A DNA stretch of 64,000 bases from a virus: IMG/VR virus record IMGVR_UViG_3300047157_000162, positions 32,001 through 96,000 of that record; one strand, written 5' to 3'. Each line of letters opens with the position of its first letter. Within the stretch, counting starts at the first letter, position 1. The position numbers and the translations under genes are program-made. Of the stretch, positions 45,171-53,326 are shown piece by piece. Below the pieces are notes generated by a model. That model was given only the letters and a program-made list of their open reading frames with translations, was not told the origin of the DNA and ran no database searches.

Positions 45171-45392
45171 ATGATGACAATGAAAGAAGTGTGTGCATAC
45201 GTCGCACAAAAGAGAAAAGCGGATGCTATACAACACCGCAAAACGGTAACCCAGGGTGAATATTGTTCAGGGTTGACAGCGAAAGAATACCGAAAAGTGA
45301 AAACTAAAGGTAAAGGATCGGGTAGTAAAGGTAGATCATTCTCCCACACTAAATTGTGGAATCACTACAACCAACCAGTGACTACAAACTAA
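45171..45392 (+). CDS. Early hypothetical protein (basic)
   Basis: 73 aa; stop lies inside promoter 45383. Confidence 0.55.
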   Translation: MMTMKEVCAYVAQKRKADAIQHRKTVTQGEYCSGLTAKEYRKVKTKGKGSGSKGRSFSHTKLWNHYNQPVTTN

Positions 45393-45538
45393 ATACGATC
45401 ACCTATTGATAATATATACGAAATTAAAACAATAATAATGAGAAATTTTAAACACAAAGTACTATTTGTACTAAAGCGAGCAAACAGAGTATTAACCGAT
45501 CTTGGCACCGCAGCGGCCTGGGCAATAAGAAATTAACT

Positions 45539-45793
45539 ATGGAATTATGTGAAAATATAACCGTGAACGGTTGGGATTTTGAACTAGTAGAAAACGATGT
45601 AGATGATATATTCTACCAATGTAGAGGCGAAGTAATGTACGACGACGAACACGATGAAATGCCAGAACCAAGTCTTTGGCGAGCAGCACAAAAATTAGTA
45701 GATATACTAGTGAATGACGGCTTAAGAGTATACGCTGGTCACTCTGAAAAGGGCTGGGTAGAAGTAACAATAAATGTAAATAATGGAGCATAG
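45539..45793 (+). CDS. Early hypothetical protein (acidic)
   Basis: 84-aa ORF. Confidence 0.6.
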   Translation: MELCENITVNGWDFELVENDVDDIFYQCRGEVMYDDEHDEMPEPSLWRAAQKLVDILVNDGLRVYAGHSEKGWVEVTINVNNGA

Positions 45794-46037
45794 AGGTTAT
45801 TCATATAAAGAAATTCAAGTAACAAATTGGCGAGATGTCACGTCAACAATGTACCAATGCAATGACGTTGATCTACTCAAACACACAGATGTAAGCGTGT
45901 TTACAAAGTTCACTGAAAAGCGAATGCAAGAAGCGATCGACTACTATATAGATAACGTAGAGTACCATAAAAACTTAAAAACATTAACCGAAAAAGCGGT
46001 AAAAGATTTTTACAAACTGAATACGATTAAAGATTGA
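45783..46037 (+). CDS. Early hypothetical protein
   Basis: 84 aa; reads through promoter 46011. Confidence 0.6.
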   Translation: MEHRGYSYKEIQVTNWRDVTSTMYQCNDVDLLKHTDVSVFTKFTEKRMQEAIDYYIDNVEYHKNLKTLTEKAVKDFYKLNTIKD

Positions 46038-46065
46038 TAATATATACGAATCTAAAACTAATATA

Positions 46066-46248
46066 ATGAAAAATACAATTAAATTTATCCACTCAAAACA
46101 AATAGTATTAAACGGTAAAGTATATAAACCATATCTTGTCGGTGAGTTACCATCAACGTTCGGTTTTATCTACAACGAAGATAAAGATCAAGAAGGTATA
46201 ACTGAGTGGTTCAACTACAAAGGATTAACTTACTTAAAAAAACAATAA
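46066..46248 (+). CDS. Early hypothetical protein
   Basis: 60 aa after promoter 46011. Confidence 0.6.
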   Translation: MKNTIKFIHSKQIVLNGKVYKPYLVGELPSTFGFIYNEDKDQEGITEWFNYKGLTYLKKQ

Positions 46249-46358
46249 TATGAAGTTAGCAGCGGATCTACTACAAGAATTATCAATGTACATCAACCTC
46301 AACTATGAAGATGATTGGTACTTACAAGAAAAAGTAAATGAATTAAAAACTAGAATAT

Positions 46359-46550
46359 ATGAGCAATAAAAGAAACTTATACGAAATAGCGGAGAGCGTC
46401 GCTGACATAACTCTCGAACTAATGGAAGACAGTATTGACTGGCAACTAGGCGATTATCCCGCCGACGGTGACGACTACAATGCTATACACCAACAAGTAA
46501 TGCAACGTGCGATCGAAATAATGTACAAACAAAACACGATCACCCAATGA
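46359..46550 (+). CDS. Early hypothetical protein
   Basis: 63 aa; ends inside promoter 46524. Confidence 0.55.
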   Translation: MSNKRNLYEIAESVADITLELMEDSIDWQLGDYPADGDDYNAIHQQVMQRAIEIMYKQNTITQ

Positions 46551-46651
46551 TAATATAAATGTAATACGGAAGCAAACATCGGTGGACCGGCCGGTATATC
46601 TAATGATGAAAATGAGTTAGACGCCGATCACGCTTCCTTATAAAACTAAAT

Positions 46652-46725
46652 GGCGCGGTGGAGAAGTTGGTTATCTCGCGAGTCTCATAAACTCGAGGTC
46701 GAAGGTTCGAATCCTTCCTGCGCAC
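46652..46725 (+). tRNA. tRNA with CAT anticodon (Met, initiator-like)
   Basis: Cloverleaf: GGCGCGG/CTGCGCA acceptor, GAGA/TCTC D-stem, CGAGT-CTCATAA-ACTCG anticodon arm, GAAGG-TTCGAAT-CCTTC T-arm; no encoded CCA. Confidence 0.9.
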
Positions 46726-46745
46726 CTAATTTAAAATTAAATAAA

Positions 46746-46949
46746 ATGAGTAAAACAAAATTTAACGGATTTGAAAAGTATTTCATCCAAACAGCGTTGA
46801 GACACGCTATCGAAGAAGCAGAAACAGATGTACTAGCTACTGAATCTGAAGGTAAAAGATCATATATGCACCCGGTTATTTCACCTATGGTAGGTAATGA
46901 GATCATTGATAAAGTAAATAGTATGACACTTAAAAAATACCAAGATTAA
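46746..46949 (+). CDS. Early hypothetical protein
   Basis: MSKTKFNGFEKYFIQTAL... (the ORF-track start at 46650 overlaps the tRNA). Confidence 0.55.
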   Translation: MSKTKFNGFEKYFIQTALRHAIEEAETDVLATESEGKRSYMHPVISPMVGNEIIDKVNSMTLKKYQD

Positions 46950-47007
46950 TTACAAACTAAACACGACTACCGATCGATAATATATATGAATTTAAAATAC
47001 AAATAAC

Positions 47008-47241
47008 ATGAGCAATTTACTACAATCAATTAAACCTAAGTACATTAAACTTATTAATCAAAGTGATTACAAGTTTACGTCAACAAGAATTATTGCTAAA
47101 CTAGAAAGCAGTAAGTTTTACGGTGAGCTAACTATAAGCGAGATCAGAGATATCTACGATATGTGTAATATAAATGCACTCAGAGTATCAGCGTGGGACT
47201 ACAGGTTTGGCGATAACATTTTAATAGATAGCGATGACTAA
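47008..47241 (+). CDS. Early hypothetical protein
   Basis: 77 aa after promoter 46951. Confidence 0.6.
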   Translation: MSNLLQSIKPKYIKLINQSDYKFTSTRIIAKLESSKFYGELTISEIRDIYDMCNINALRVSAWDYRFGDNILIDSDD

Positions 47242-47449
47242 ACAAGAACTACAACAACGAGCAAGCGACAAAGCTTTCGCTAAAATGTCTATGCTCTTGA
47301 TTACGATCGAGCAAAACAAAGAAGATATACGTACAGGTAACTACGGAGGTGTTACATCACACGAGATGGATATAGTATTAAACAGTAATAAAATAGAATT
47401 AAAGGTGTGGCAATACATCACTAAATTAATAGAAACAGATGAAGAATAA
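47234..47449 (+). CDS. Early hypothetical protein
   Basis: 71 aa, overlapping neighbours. Confidence 0.6.
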   Translation: MTKQELQQRASDKAFAKMSMLLITIEQNKEDIRTGNYGGVTSHEMDIVLNSNKIELKVWQYITKLIETDEE

Positions 47450-48098
47450 ATATATAACCGATGAGTTAATAACTCAGAGAATGTCCGAGAAAGGTTGGAT
47501 CGAAGGATGCGACGACGAGCATGCTAGAAACCAAGTACTTGCACACTATGATTGTGAAATAACAGATCAATGGCAAAACCCTGACTTCAGTATATATGAA
47601 GAGTCAACCGCTGATGGTTACTCTGTATGGATAGCGACAGATGATGACAAGCATATAAACGTAAGTGAAGATGTTTATTATTACGAGAACGAGCTAACAG
47701 ATGTTGTTTATGATGCTATACATGACTACAATAATATATACTGTGATAACTATGACTTTATTGAAGATGCTATCACTAGGCACTACGAAGATCTATTATG
47801 TAAAATGGAAGACGAAATTATAGATGAGTTACTTAATGAAGGTTATAACCATAAAATAGTTAACCCTATAAACACGCTACAATATATAGAAATGATCTCT
47901 CAAGATTGTAGTTTTTTAGACGGTAGCTCAAGAGCTATAAATCTAACAGTAGATGAAGACTATAGGTACTTAAACTATGCTAGTCAAATAATTAAAGACA
48001 GAGCCAGGTATGAGATTGTAGCTAATCATTATGGTCTAACTATCGAAAGAGCTGTTAAAGGTGAAGTAATATTTAAAGAATTAAAAAATGAAAACTAA
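47439..48098 (+). CDS. Early acidic protein
   Basis: 219 aa, strongly D/E-rich. Confidence 0.65.
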   Translation: MKNKYITDELITQRMSEKGWIEGCDDEHARNQVLAHYDCEITDQWQNPDFSIYEESTADGYSVWIATDDDKHINVSEDVYYYENELTDVVYDAIHDYNNIYCDNYDFIEDAITRHYEDLLCKMEDEIIDELLNEGYNHKIVNPINTLQYIEMISQDCSFLDGSSRAINLTVDEDYRYLNYASQIIKDRARYEIVANHYGLTIERAVKGEVIFKELKNEN

Positions 48099-48351
48099 AA
48101 AACAAACAGTACCTAAATGGTTTAAAGGAACCATATATGGTGAAGGTGAAACAGTAACCAATCCGTTCAGTGGCGAATGCTATACACTCAACGGCCTCGA
48201 GCTCTCAATGTACGATTATATTATGGGTAGCCAATATATATTTGAAGTAGCACCTAAAACAGTTACACCTAAACAAGTTAGCGAGTTTCAAAAAGCGTTG
48301 AACTGGTTTCGTAAAAATAATGTTGAAGCATATATGGTGTTGCTTGATTAA
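48088..48351 (+). CDS. Early hypothetical protein
   Basis: 87 aa, ends EAYMVLLD. Confidence 0.65.
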   Translation: MKTKKQTVPKWFKGTIYGEGETVTNPFSGECYTLNGLELSMYDYIMGSQYIFEVAPKTVTPKQVSEFQKALNWFRKNNVEAYMVLLD

Positions 48352-48398
48352 TACAAACTAAACACGATCGCTGATCGATAATATAATAAACAAAAACT

Positions 48399-49004
48399 AT
48401 GAACTTATTAACACAAAATACTAAACTTAAAAAAACATCAAAAGAACTCGGGCTCCGGGTCTTTAACTTCGGTATTCCTGCCTACAAATCTGCTAGCGGG
48501 AAACTGACGTGCCCAATGGCTGACAGTTGTGTTAAATTCTGTTATGCCAAGAAAGGAGCCTACATCTGGAGTAACGTAAAACCTGCGTTTGAAAAGCGTT
48601 ATCAACTCAGCAAGACTGACATGTTTGTTGATGCTATGAACGCTGAAATACGTAAGAAGAAACCTGATTACGTCAGAGTCCATGATAGCGGCGATTATTA
48701 TTCTCGCGCATATCTAAAAAAGTGGATCGACATTGCTAATAGCAATCCTAACGTACGGTTTTACAGTTACACCAATATGATTGATATGATGTTAAAAACC
48801 TCATTACCAAGTAATTACGATATAATATTCAGTGACTCTGGAAAACAAAAACATTTAATAGATGAGACAAAACATAGACACACTAAAATTTTCTCAAGCC
48901 ATGCTGATCTTGATAGGGCTTCGTATACTGATGCCAGCTCTATTGATTTAATGGCAACTAAGTGGTTCAATAAAACAAATAAAGTAGGATTAGTATTTCA
49001 TTAA
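48399..49004 (+). CDS. GP88-family (radical-SAM-like) protein
   Basis: LTCPMADSCVKFCYA and VRVHDSGDY, FYSYT motifs. Confidence 0.7.
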   Translation: MNLLTQNTKLKKTSKELGLRVFNFGIPAYKSASGKLTCPMADSCVKFCYAKKGAYIWSNVKPAFEKRYQLSKTDMFVDAMNAEIRKKKPDYVRVHDSGDYYSRAYLKKWIDIANSNPNVRFYSYTNMIDMMLKTSLPSNYDIIFSDSGKQKHLIDETKHRHTKIFSSHADLDRASYTDASSIDLMATKWFNKTNKVGLVFH

Positions 49005-49129
49005 TGATAGCAATAATAATATGGATAATAGCGTATCTTTTATGTTTAACAATACTATTATACATAGAAGATATTACAGACTGAACACGATCAAACAAAG
49101 ATAATATAATAAACAAAAACAAAAAACTT

Positions 49130-49351
49130 ATGAACAATTTTGAAAAATTTAGATCTGACAATTCGTCAACAATTTCAACAGGTAGATATTATACCGAAAA
49201 CAAAACGCTTGTATTAATATACGAAAACGGTGGTGTATACGAGTACGAAGACGTACCATTATTTTATTGGCGTGGATTAATGAACGCTGAATCTAAAGGT
49301 AAATTTATTAACACTAACATTAAAAGATTATTTAAATTCACTAAAAGATAA
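49130..49351 (+). CDS. KTSC domain protein
   Basis: SSTISTGRYYTENKTLVLIYENGGVYEYEDVP...LMNAESKGKFINTNIK. Confidence 0.85.
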   Translation: MNNFEKFRSDNSSTISTGRYYTENKTLVLIYENGGVYEYEDVPLFYWRGLMNAESKGKFINTNIKRLFKFTKR

Positions 49352-49354
49352 TAA

Positions 49355-49639
49355 ATGACAGAGAAAGATATTACTAAAATAGCCGAGCTAACTGCTAAAA
49401 TTATTATAGATCATTTAGAAGCAAAGCAAGACGAATGGAATCAAGACTTCCAAGTATCAATGGAGAATATTAAACAAGACGGCTTTGGTAATATGCGTAT
49501 GATGTCTGAGCAAGAAATAATACACATGCAGATAGACGAACTACAGCAAGAGTTAGACAAAGCAGTTGAGGATGAAAACTTCACATTAGCTAGTAAAATA
49601 AATAATAAAATTATTAACCTAAATAAAAAATTAAAGTAA
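49355..49639 (+). CDS. Small protein with C-terminal UVR (UvrB/C) coiled-coil motif
   Basis: IDELQQELDKAVEDENFTLASKINNKI. Confidence 0.65.
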   Translation: MTEKDITKIAELTAKIIIDHLEAKQDEWNQDFQVSMENIKQDGFGNMRMMSEQEIIHMQIDELQQELDKAVEDENFTLASKINNKIINLNKKLK

Positions 49640-50133
49640 TGAATATATTTTATCTATCTCACGATCCTGTGCAAGCAGCTAAGTATCAATACAATAAACA
49701 CGTTGTAAAAATGATACTTGAAACCGCACAACTATTATGTACAGCTCATCACGAGTTAGGTACTAATATTGATATACCATATAAAGCTACGCATAAAAAC
49801 CATCCGTCAGCTATATGGGTTAGATCCTCTGCCGAAGCATATATGTGGGCATACGAACATATGTTAGCTCTTGGTAAAGAATATACAAAACGTTACGGTA
49901 AAGAACATCTTACAATCGCTAAATGCCGCGATGTGCTATACACTTTGCCTAACGGTATATCTGATAAAGCTTTCGAGCAGCCACCGCAATGTATGCCTGA
50001 CGAATATAAAGTCAACGGCAATAGCGTACTTGGCTACTGGAATTATTATGAAAACGAAAAACACACAGTAAAAAACAAAAATGAGCAGAAAATTATACGT
50101 CCACACAACATCAACGAATTATGCGAACATTAA
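49639..50133 (+). CDS. Pyrimidine-dimer DNA glycosylase (DenV-like) family protein
   Basis: MNIFYL...KHVVKMILETAQLL...YKATHKNHPSAIW. Confidence 0.7.
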   Translation: MNIFYLSHDPVQAAKYQYNKHVVKMILETAQLLCTAHHELGTNIDIPYKATHKNHPSAIWVRSSAEAYMWAYEHMLALGKEYTKRYGKEHLTIAKCRDVLYTLPNGISDKAFEQPPQCMPDEYKVNGNSVLGYWNYYENEKHTVKNKNEQKIIRPHNINELCEH

Positions 50134-50342
50134 TACAAAAATTCAAAAAGAACAGAAGAAAAGCAAAACACGTGAAGTTTCTTCACTTAAAGATAGCAGA
50201 GCTACACGGTGAAATAATTGCTGAATCTTTTAAAGGTGAATTTCAATTTAATAAAGGTATAACTGTTATATACAGTAATGTAGAAAATAAAGCAAAGCTT
50301 TTAAAAAAGTATAACAGAAGATTAAAATTAATAGTGTACTAG
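50121..50342 (+). CDS. Hypothetical protein
   Basis: 73-aa basic ORF. Confidence 0.5.
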   Translation: MRTLIQKFKKNRRKAKHVKFLHLKIAELHGEIIAESFKGEFQFNKGITVIYSNVENKAKLLKKYNRRLKLIVY

Positions 50343-50343
50343 T

Positions 50344-50387
50344 GTGACGATAGCTAGTATATAATAATAGTAAGAGGCTAATGTCAC
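50344..50387. promoter_or_regulatory. Spaced inverted-repeat site, copy 3, overlapping start codon of HTH gene
   Basis: GTGACGATAGC-N22-GCTAATGTCAC; ATG 50381 lies in the right arm. Confidence 0.7.
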
Positions 50388-51001
50388 AGTACGAAAGAAA
50401 TACAAGATATTTAGAGTTGCATCGTATAATATACAGACGTGATCCAGTAAATGATTTACCTACAGAAACTTTTGATTGGGGTAAGTTTTATGAAAATGGA
50501 ACGCATGAATGTTATACTTTGTTTAACTCTAAAGCTAAAATAAATACATATAAGAGCCTTAAGTGGCATATGTATGTATTATGGTACTTGAATCCACAAT
50601 TGGATCAAGACTCGTTTAGCGCATTGATTGAGTATATATGTGACAAAACTAAAGGCTTCGTAACATTTAATGTATCTGAGCAACTATTACAAACTATGTT
50701 ATACGATGTTTCACTTATGGATTTGGAAAAACCACCTCCTAATAAACTACGTAAGATAATATTTAAAGATAGTTCAGGTTTGGATATGCGACAAAAGCTT
50801 ACTATAGTAGGTCAAATGATAGGTAGAAACAAAATTTCATCAAGTGAAATATATGACGCTATGCTATTAATAAACCATGACAATCAAAAAATAACTATAA
50901 GTAAGTTAGCTGAGTCTTTAAATTGTTCTACAAGAACTATACACAGAAATATGAATAATGAACTTAAAAAAGAAAAATCACTTTTAAATAAAGAATTTTA
51001 A
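50381..51001 (+). CDS. DNA-binding protein with C-terminal HTH (regulator or Rep-like initiator)
   Basis: KITISKLAESLNCSTRTIHRNM. Confidence 0.65.
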   Translation: MSQYERNTRYLELHRIIYRRDPVNDLPTETFDWGKFYENGTHECYTLFNSKAKINTYKSLKWHMYVLWYLNPQLDQDSFSALIEYICDKTKGFVTFNVSEQLLQTMLYDVSLMDLEKPPPNKLRKIIFKDSSGLDMRQKLTIVGQMIGRNKISSSEIYDAMLLINHDNQKITISKLAESLNCSTRTIHRNMNNELKKEKSLLNKEF

Positions 51002-51044
51002 AATTACAGAACGGACACGATGAGTGCACGATAATATATATGAT

Positions 51045-51803
51045 ATGAAAAAATACAATATACAAAACTATATAAGGTATAAAGAAGATCTAAAAAGATC
51101 TATGCCTGAAGGTTTGTTTTGGGATGAATATACAAGAGATCAACTTATAGTAAAGTTTATACCATTAGTTGAGAACTTAGCTAGAAAGTTTTCTACATCT
51201 GATCAAGCATCAGGTGTATTAAGCATCAACGATCTGATACAATGCGGTTGTGAAGGATTAGTTAAGGCTGTTGACCGATTAGACTGGACTGTTTTACACG
51301 AGTCTGAGGACGTTGAAAAAACATTGAAGTCATTCTTAAGCAAACGAATCAAAGGAGCTATTAGAAGACGTATAGATATATGTAGGGGTAACATTAGAAT
51401 ACCAGAACATAAGCTAAACGAAATACGTAAAAATCCTGATGATAAAAAAGCGGTTGCTTTGTTTTTCAATTCAGTGTTTTTAAGTATAGACACGGCTAGA
51501 AGCGATGAAGATGAAGGTGAATCTTGGAGTGAATCAATACCTGATAAGTCTGAACCTTATAACATTCACTTAATGAATGCTTACTTGAAAAGTCTAATGA
51601 AAAAACATTTAGACGCAAGAGAGTATGAAGTATTGAGGCTGTCTTATGGTTTAGATTGTGATAAGCACTCAGCAAAAGAGATTGCAGAGATATTAGATAT
51701 CAAAGGTAAGCGCTATTATGTGACTGTTTCAGAGTTAAAAAAGCAAGCAGTGCAAACGCTAATAGATAACGTAGATCACTCGCAAGTGCTTGATTACCTT
51801 TAA
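51045..51803 (+). CDS. Phage RNA polymerase sigma factor (sigma70 family, group 3-like)
   Basis: Region 2 LIVKFIPLVENLARKF...DLIQCGCEGLVKAVDR...RIKGAIRR, IRIP, region 4 LDAREYEVLRLSYGL...AKEIAEIL. Confidence 0.9.
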   Translation: MKKYNIQNYIRYKEDLKRSMPEGLFWDEYTRDQLIVKFIPLVENLARKFSTSDQASGVLSINDLIQCGCEGLVKAVDRLDWTVLHESEDVEKTLKSFLSKRIKGAIRRRIDICRGNIRIPEHKLNEIRKNPDDKKAVALFFNSVFLSIDTARSDEDEGESWSESIPDKSEPYNIHLMNAYLKSLMKKHLDAREYEVLRLSYGLDCDKHSAKEIAEILDIKGKRYYVTVSELKKQAVQTLIDNVDHSQVLDYL

Positions 51804-51822
51804 TTTAAGTCAATAGAGTAAA

Positions 51823-51849
51823 GTAAAAAGAATACTAAATACGTAATTA
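51823..51849 (+). promoter_or_regulatory. Class II promoter motif
   Basis: GTAAAAA-N8-AATACGTAATTA upstream of ERF/replication operon. Confidence 0.55.
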
Positions 51850-51856
51850 TATTAAT

Positions 51857-52408
51857 ATGGAAACACAAACATTAAACCAAAAACTAGCGTCAATTCAAAC
51901 GCGGTTTAAATCAAAAAAGAGTAGGTTCAATTCTTTTGGTAGATACAATTTCAGATCTGCTGAAGATATATTAGAAGCTACTAAACCTTTTTTATTAGAA
52001 TTAGGTGTATCAGTAACGGTTAATGAATCGTTAATAGCTACCGATCCTTTTCCAATAATGGAATCGAAAGCTACGATAACAGACGGAACTGATGCTATAC
52101 ATGCAACTGCTGTAGTCGGCGTTGACCTTGATCAAAAAGGTATGCAAATGCCTCAAAAATTCGGTAGCTCATCCAGTTATGGAAAAAAATACTCATTAGG
52201 TAATTTATTCTTAATTGATGATACAGCAGACAGCGATGCTACAAATGCACACGGTAAAGCACCAAAAGCAAAAAACACATTAACCTCAGAAAAAGATCCA
52301 GCTTATCCAAAAGCGGTTGAGTTTATTAAAAAAGGAGGTAAGTTAGATGCTATAAAAGCTAAATACAATATCTCTAAAGAGATAGAAACAAAATTAACAA
52401 CACTATAG
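51857..52408 (+). CDS. erf: ERF-family ssDNA annealing protein
   Basis: FGRYNFRSAEDILEA and QKFGSSSSYGKKYSLGNLFLIDD. Confidence 0.85.
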   Translation: METQTLNQKLASIQTRFKSKKSRFNSFGRYNFRSAEDILEATKPFLLELGVSVTVNESLIATDPFPIMESKATITDGTDAIHATAVVGVDLDQKGMQMPQKFGSSSSYGKKYSLGNLFLIDDTADSDATNAHGKAPKAKNTLTSEKDPAYPKAVEFIKKGGKLDAIKAKYNISKEIETKLTTL

Positions 52409-52409
52409 T

Positions 52410-53150
52410 ATGGAAGATTTTAACAAGAGTGAGGTATTAGAAAGACTTAGAAGCGACGAAGATTACTACGGTGACTTTGGAAAACAGTTTAGAAGTAATT
52501 CAGATATCTCGACGTTGTTAACAAATCCTCTTGCGCTAGGCGCTCCACAAAAACCAAATATTAATTTCTTGATTGGTGGTTATTTTCATACAGCAATACT
52601 TGAGCCAGAAAAGCTTAAAAAGTATAGGATAATTGAATCAACAACTAGAAATACAAAAGCGTACAGAGAGATTTCAGGTGGAGAAATGTGTTTGTTACAA
52701 CATGAAGTAGACAACCTAGAATTATTAATCGATACTATGAACTCAAATGATGTTTGTAAAAGTTTAATAAACGGTGTCAATGTTGAATACGAACAACCTG
52801 GAATTAAAAAGATTGAAGGATTATGGTGGAAAGGTAAAGCAGATATTGTTAATCACGATGATCAATTAGTAATTGATTTGAAAACAACAGGTGATATAAC
52901 TAAATTCAGAAGCTCAGCTTTCCGTTACAATTACGACAGTCAAGCGTACATATATCGTAAGCTATTCGGTTATGACTTGGTATTTATTGCAATAGATAAA
53001 AAAACAAGACAGCTAGGTATCTTCGATTGTTCTGAATCTTTCTATGAAAGCGGTAAGGAAAAAGTACAACAAGCAGTAGAGCAATGGAAATTGTTTTACG
53101 AAAATCCGGATTTCGATCCAAAAAATTATTTTATTAATCAAACACTTTAA
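52410..53150 (+). CDS. PD-(D/E)XK exonuclease (exonuclease VIII/DUF3799-like)
   Basis: GGYFHTAILEP, KGKADI, VIDLKTT, YNYDSQAYIY. Confidence 0.8.
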   Translation: MEDFNKSEVLERLRSDEDYYGDFGKQFRSNSDISTLLTNPLALGAPQKPNINFLIGGYFHTAILEPEKLKKYRIIESTTRNTKAYREISGGEMCLLQHEVDNLELLIDTMNSNDVCKSLINGVNVEYEQPGIKKIEGLWWKGKADIVNHDDQLVIDLKTTGDITKFRSSAFRYNYDSQAYIYRKLFGYDLVFIAIDKKTRQLGIFDCSESFYESGKEKVQQAVEQWKLFYENPDFDPKNYFINQTL

Positions 53151-53154
53151 TCAA

Positions 53155-53322
53155 ATGGCAAGAAGTAAAAAAAGAGTATGCACAGTAACAGGTATGAGAA
53201 CAAATGAATCTAACTTTTACAGAAACCAAACACATGTAAAAGCAGTAGATAATCTACGGAGAACAACTGGTGCAAACAAAGAACAATTAACAAGAATGTT
53301 TAATCAATTAAATACATACTAA
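53155..53322 (+). CDS. Hypothetical protein (55 aa)
   Basis: MARSKKRVCTVTGMRTNESNFY... Confidence 0.5.
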   Translation: MARSKKRVCTVTGMRTNESNFYRNQTHVKAVDNLRRTTGANKEQLTRMFNQLNTY

Positions 53323-53326
53323 AATT

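Larger units (their letters stand above)
43154..51037 (+). promoter_or_regulatory. Array of 12 class I (early) promoter motifs NACA-N5-RAYACGA-N9-GATAATAT
   Basis: 33-bp copies starting at 43154, 43582, 43666, 44100, 44582, 45383, 46011, 46524, 46951, 48352, 49075, 51005; identical spacing, all + strand, each shortly upstream of an ORF or RNA. Confidence 0.85.

Noticed and set aside
46650-46745. ORF-track protein start MARWRSWLS...
   Set aside because: Overlaps the tRNA; the real ORF starts at 46746
43154-51037. Class I repeats as CRISPR array or integron attC sites
   Set aside because: Irregular spacing with whole genes between, variable internal spacers, no palindromic structure, no cas or integrase gene
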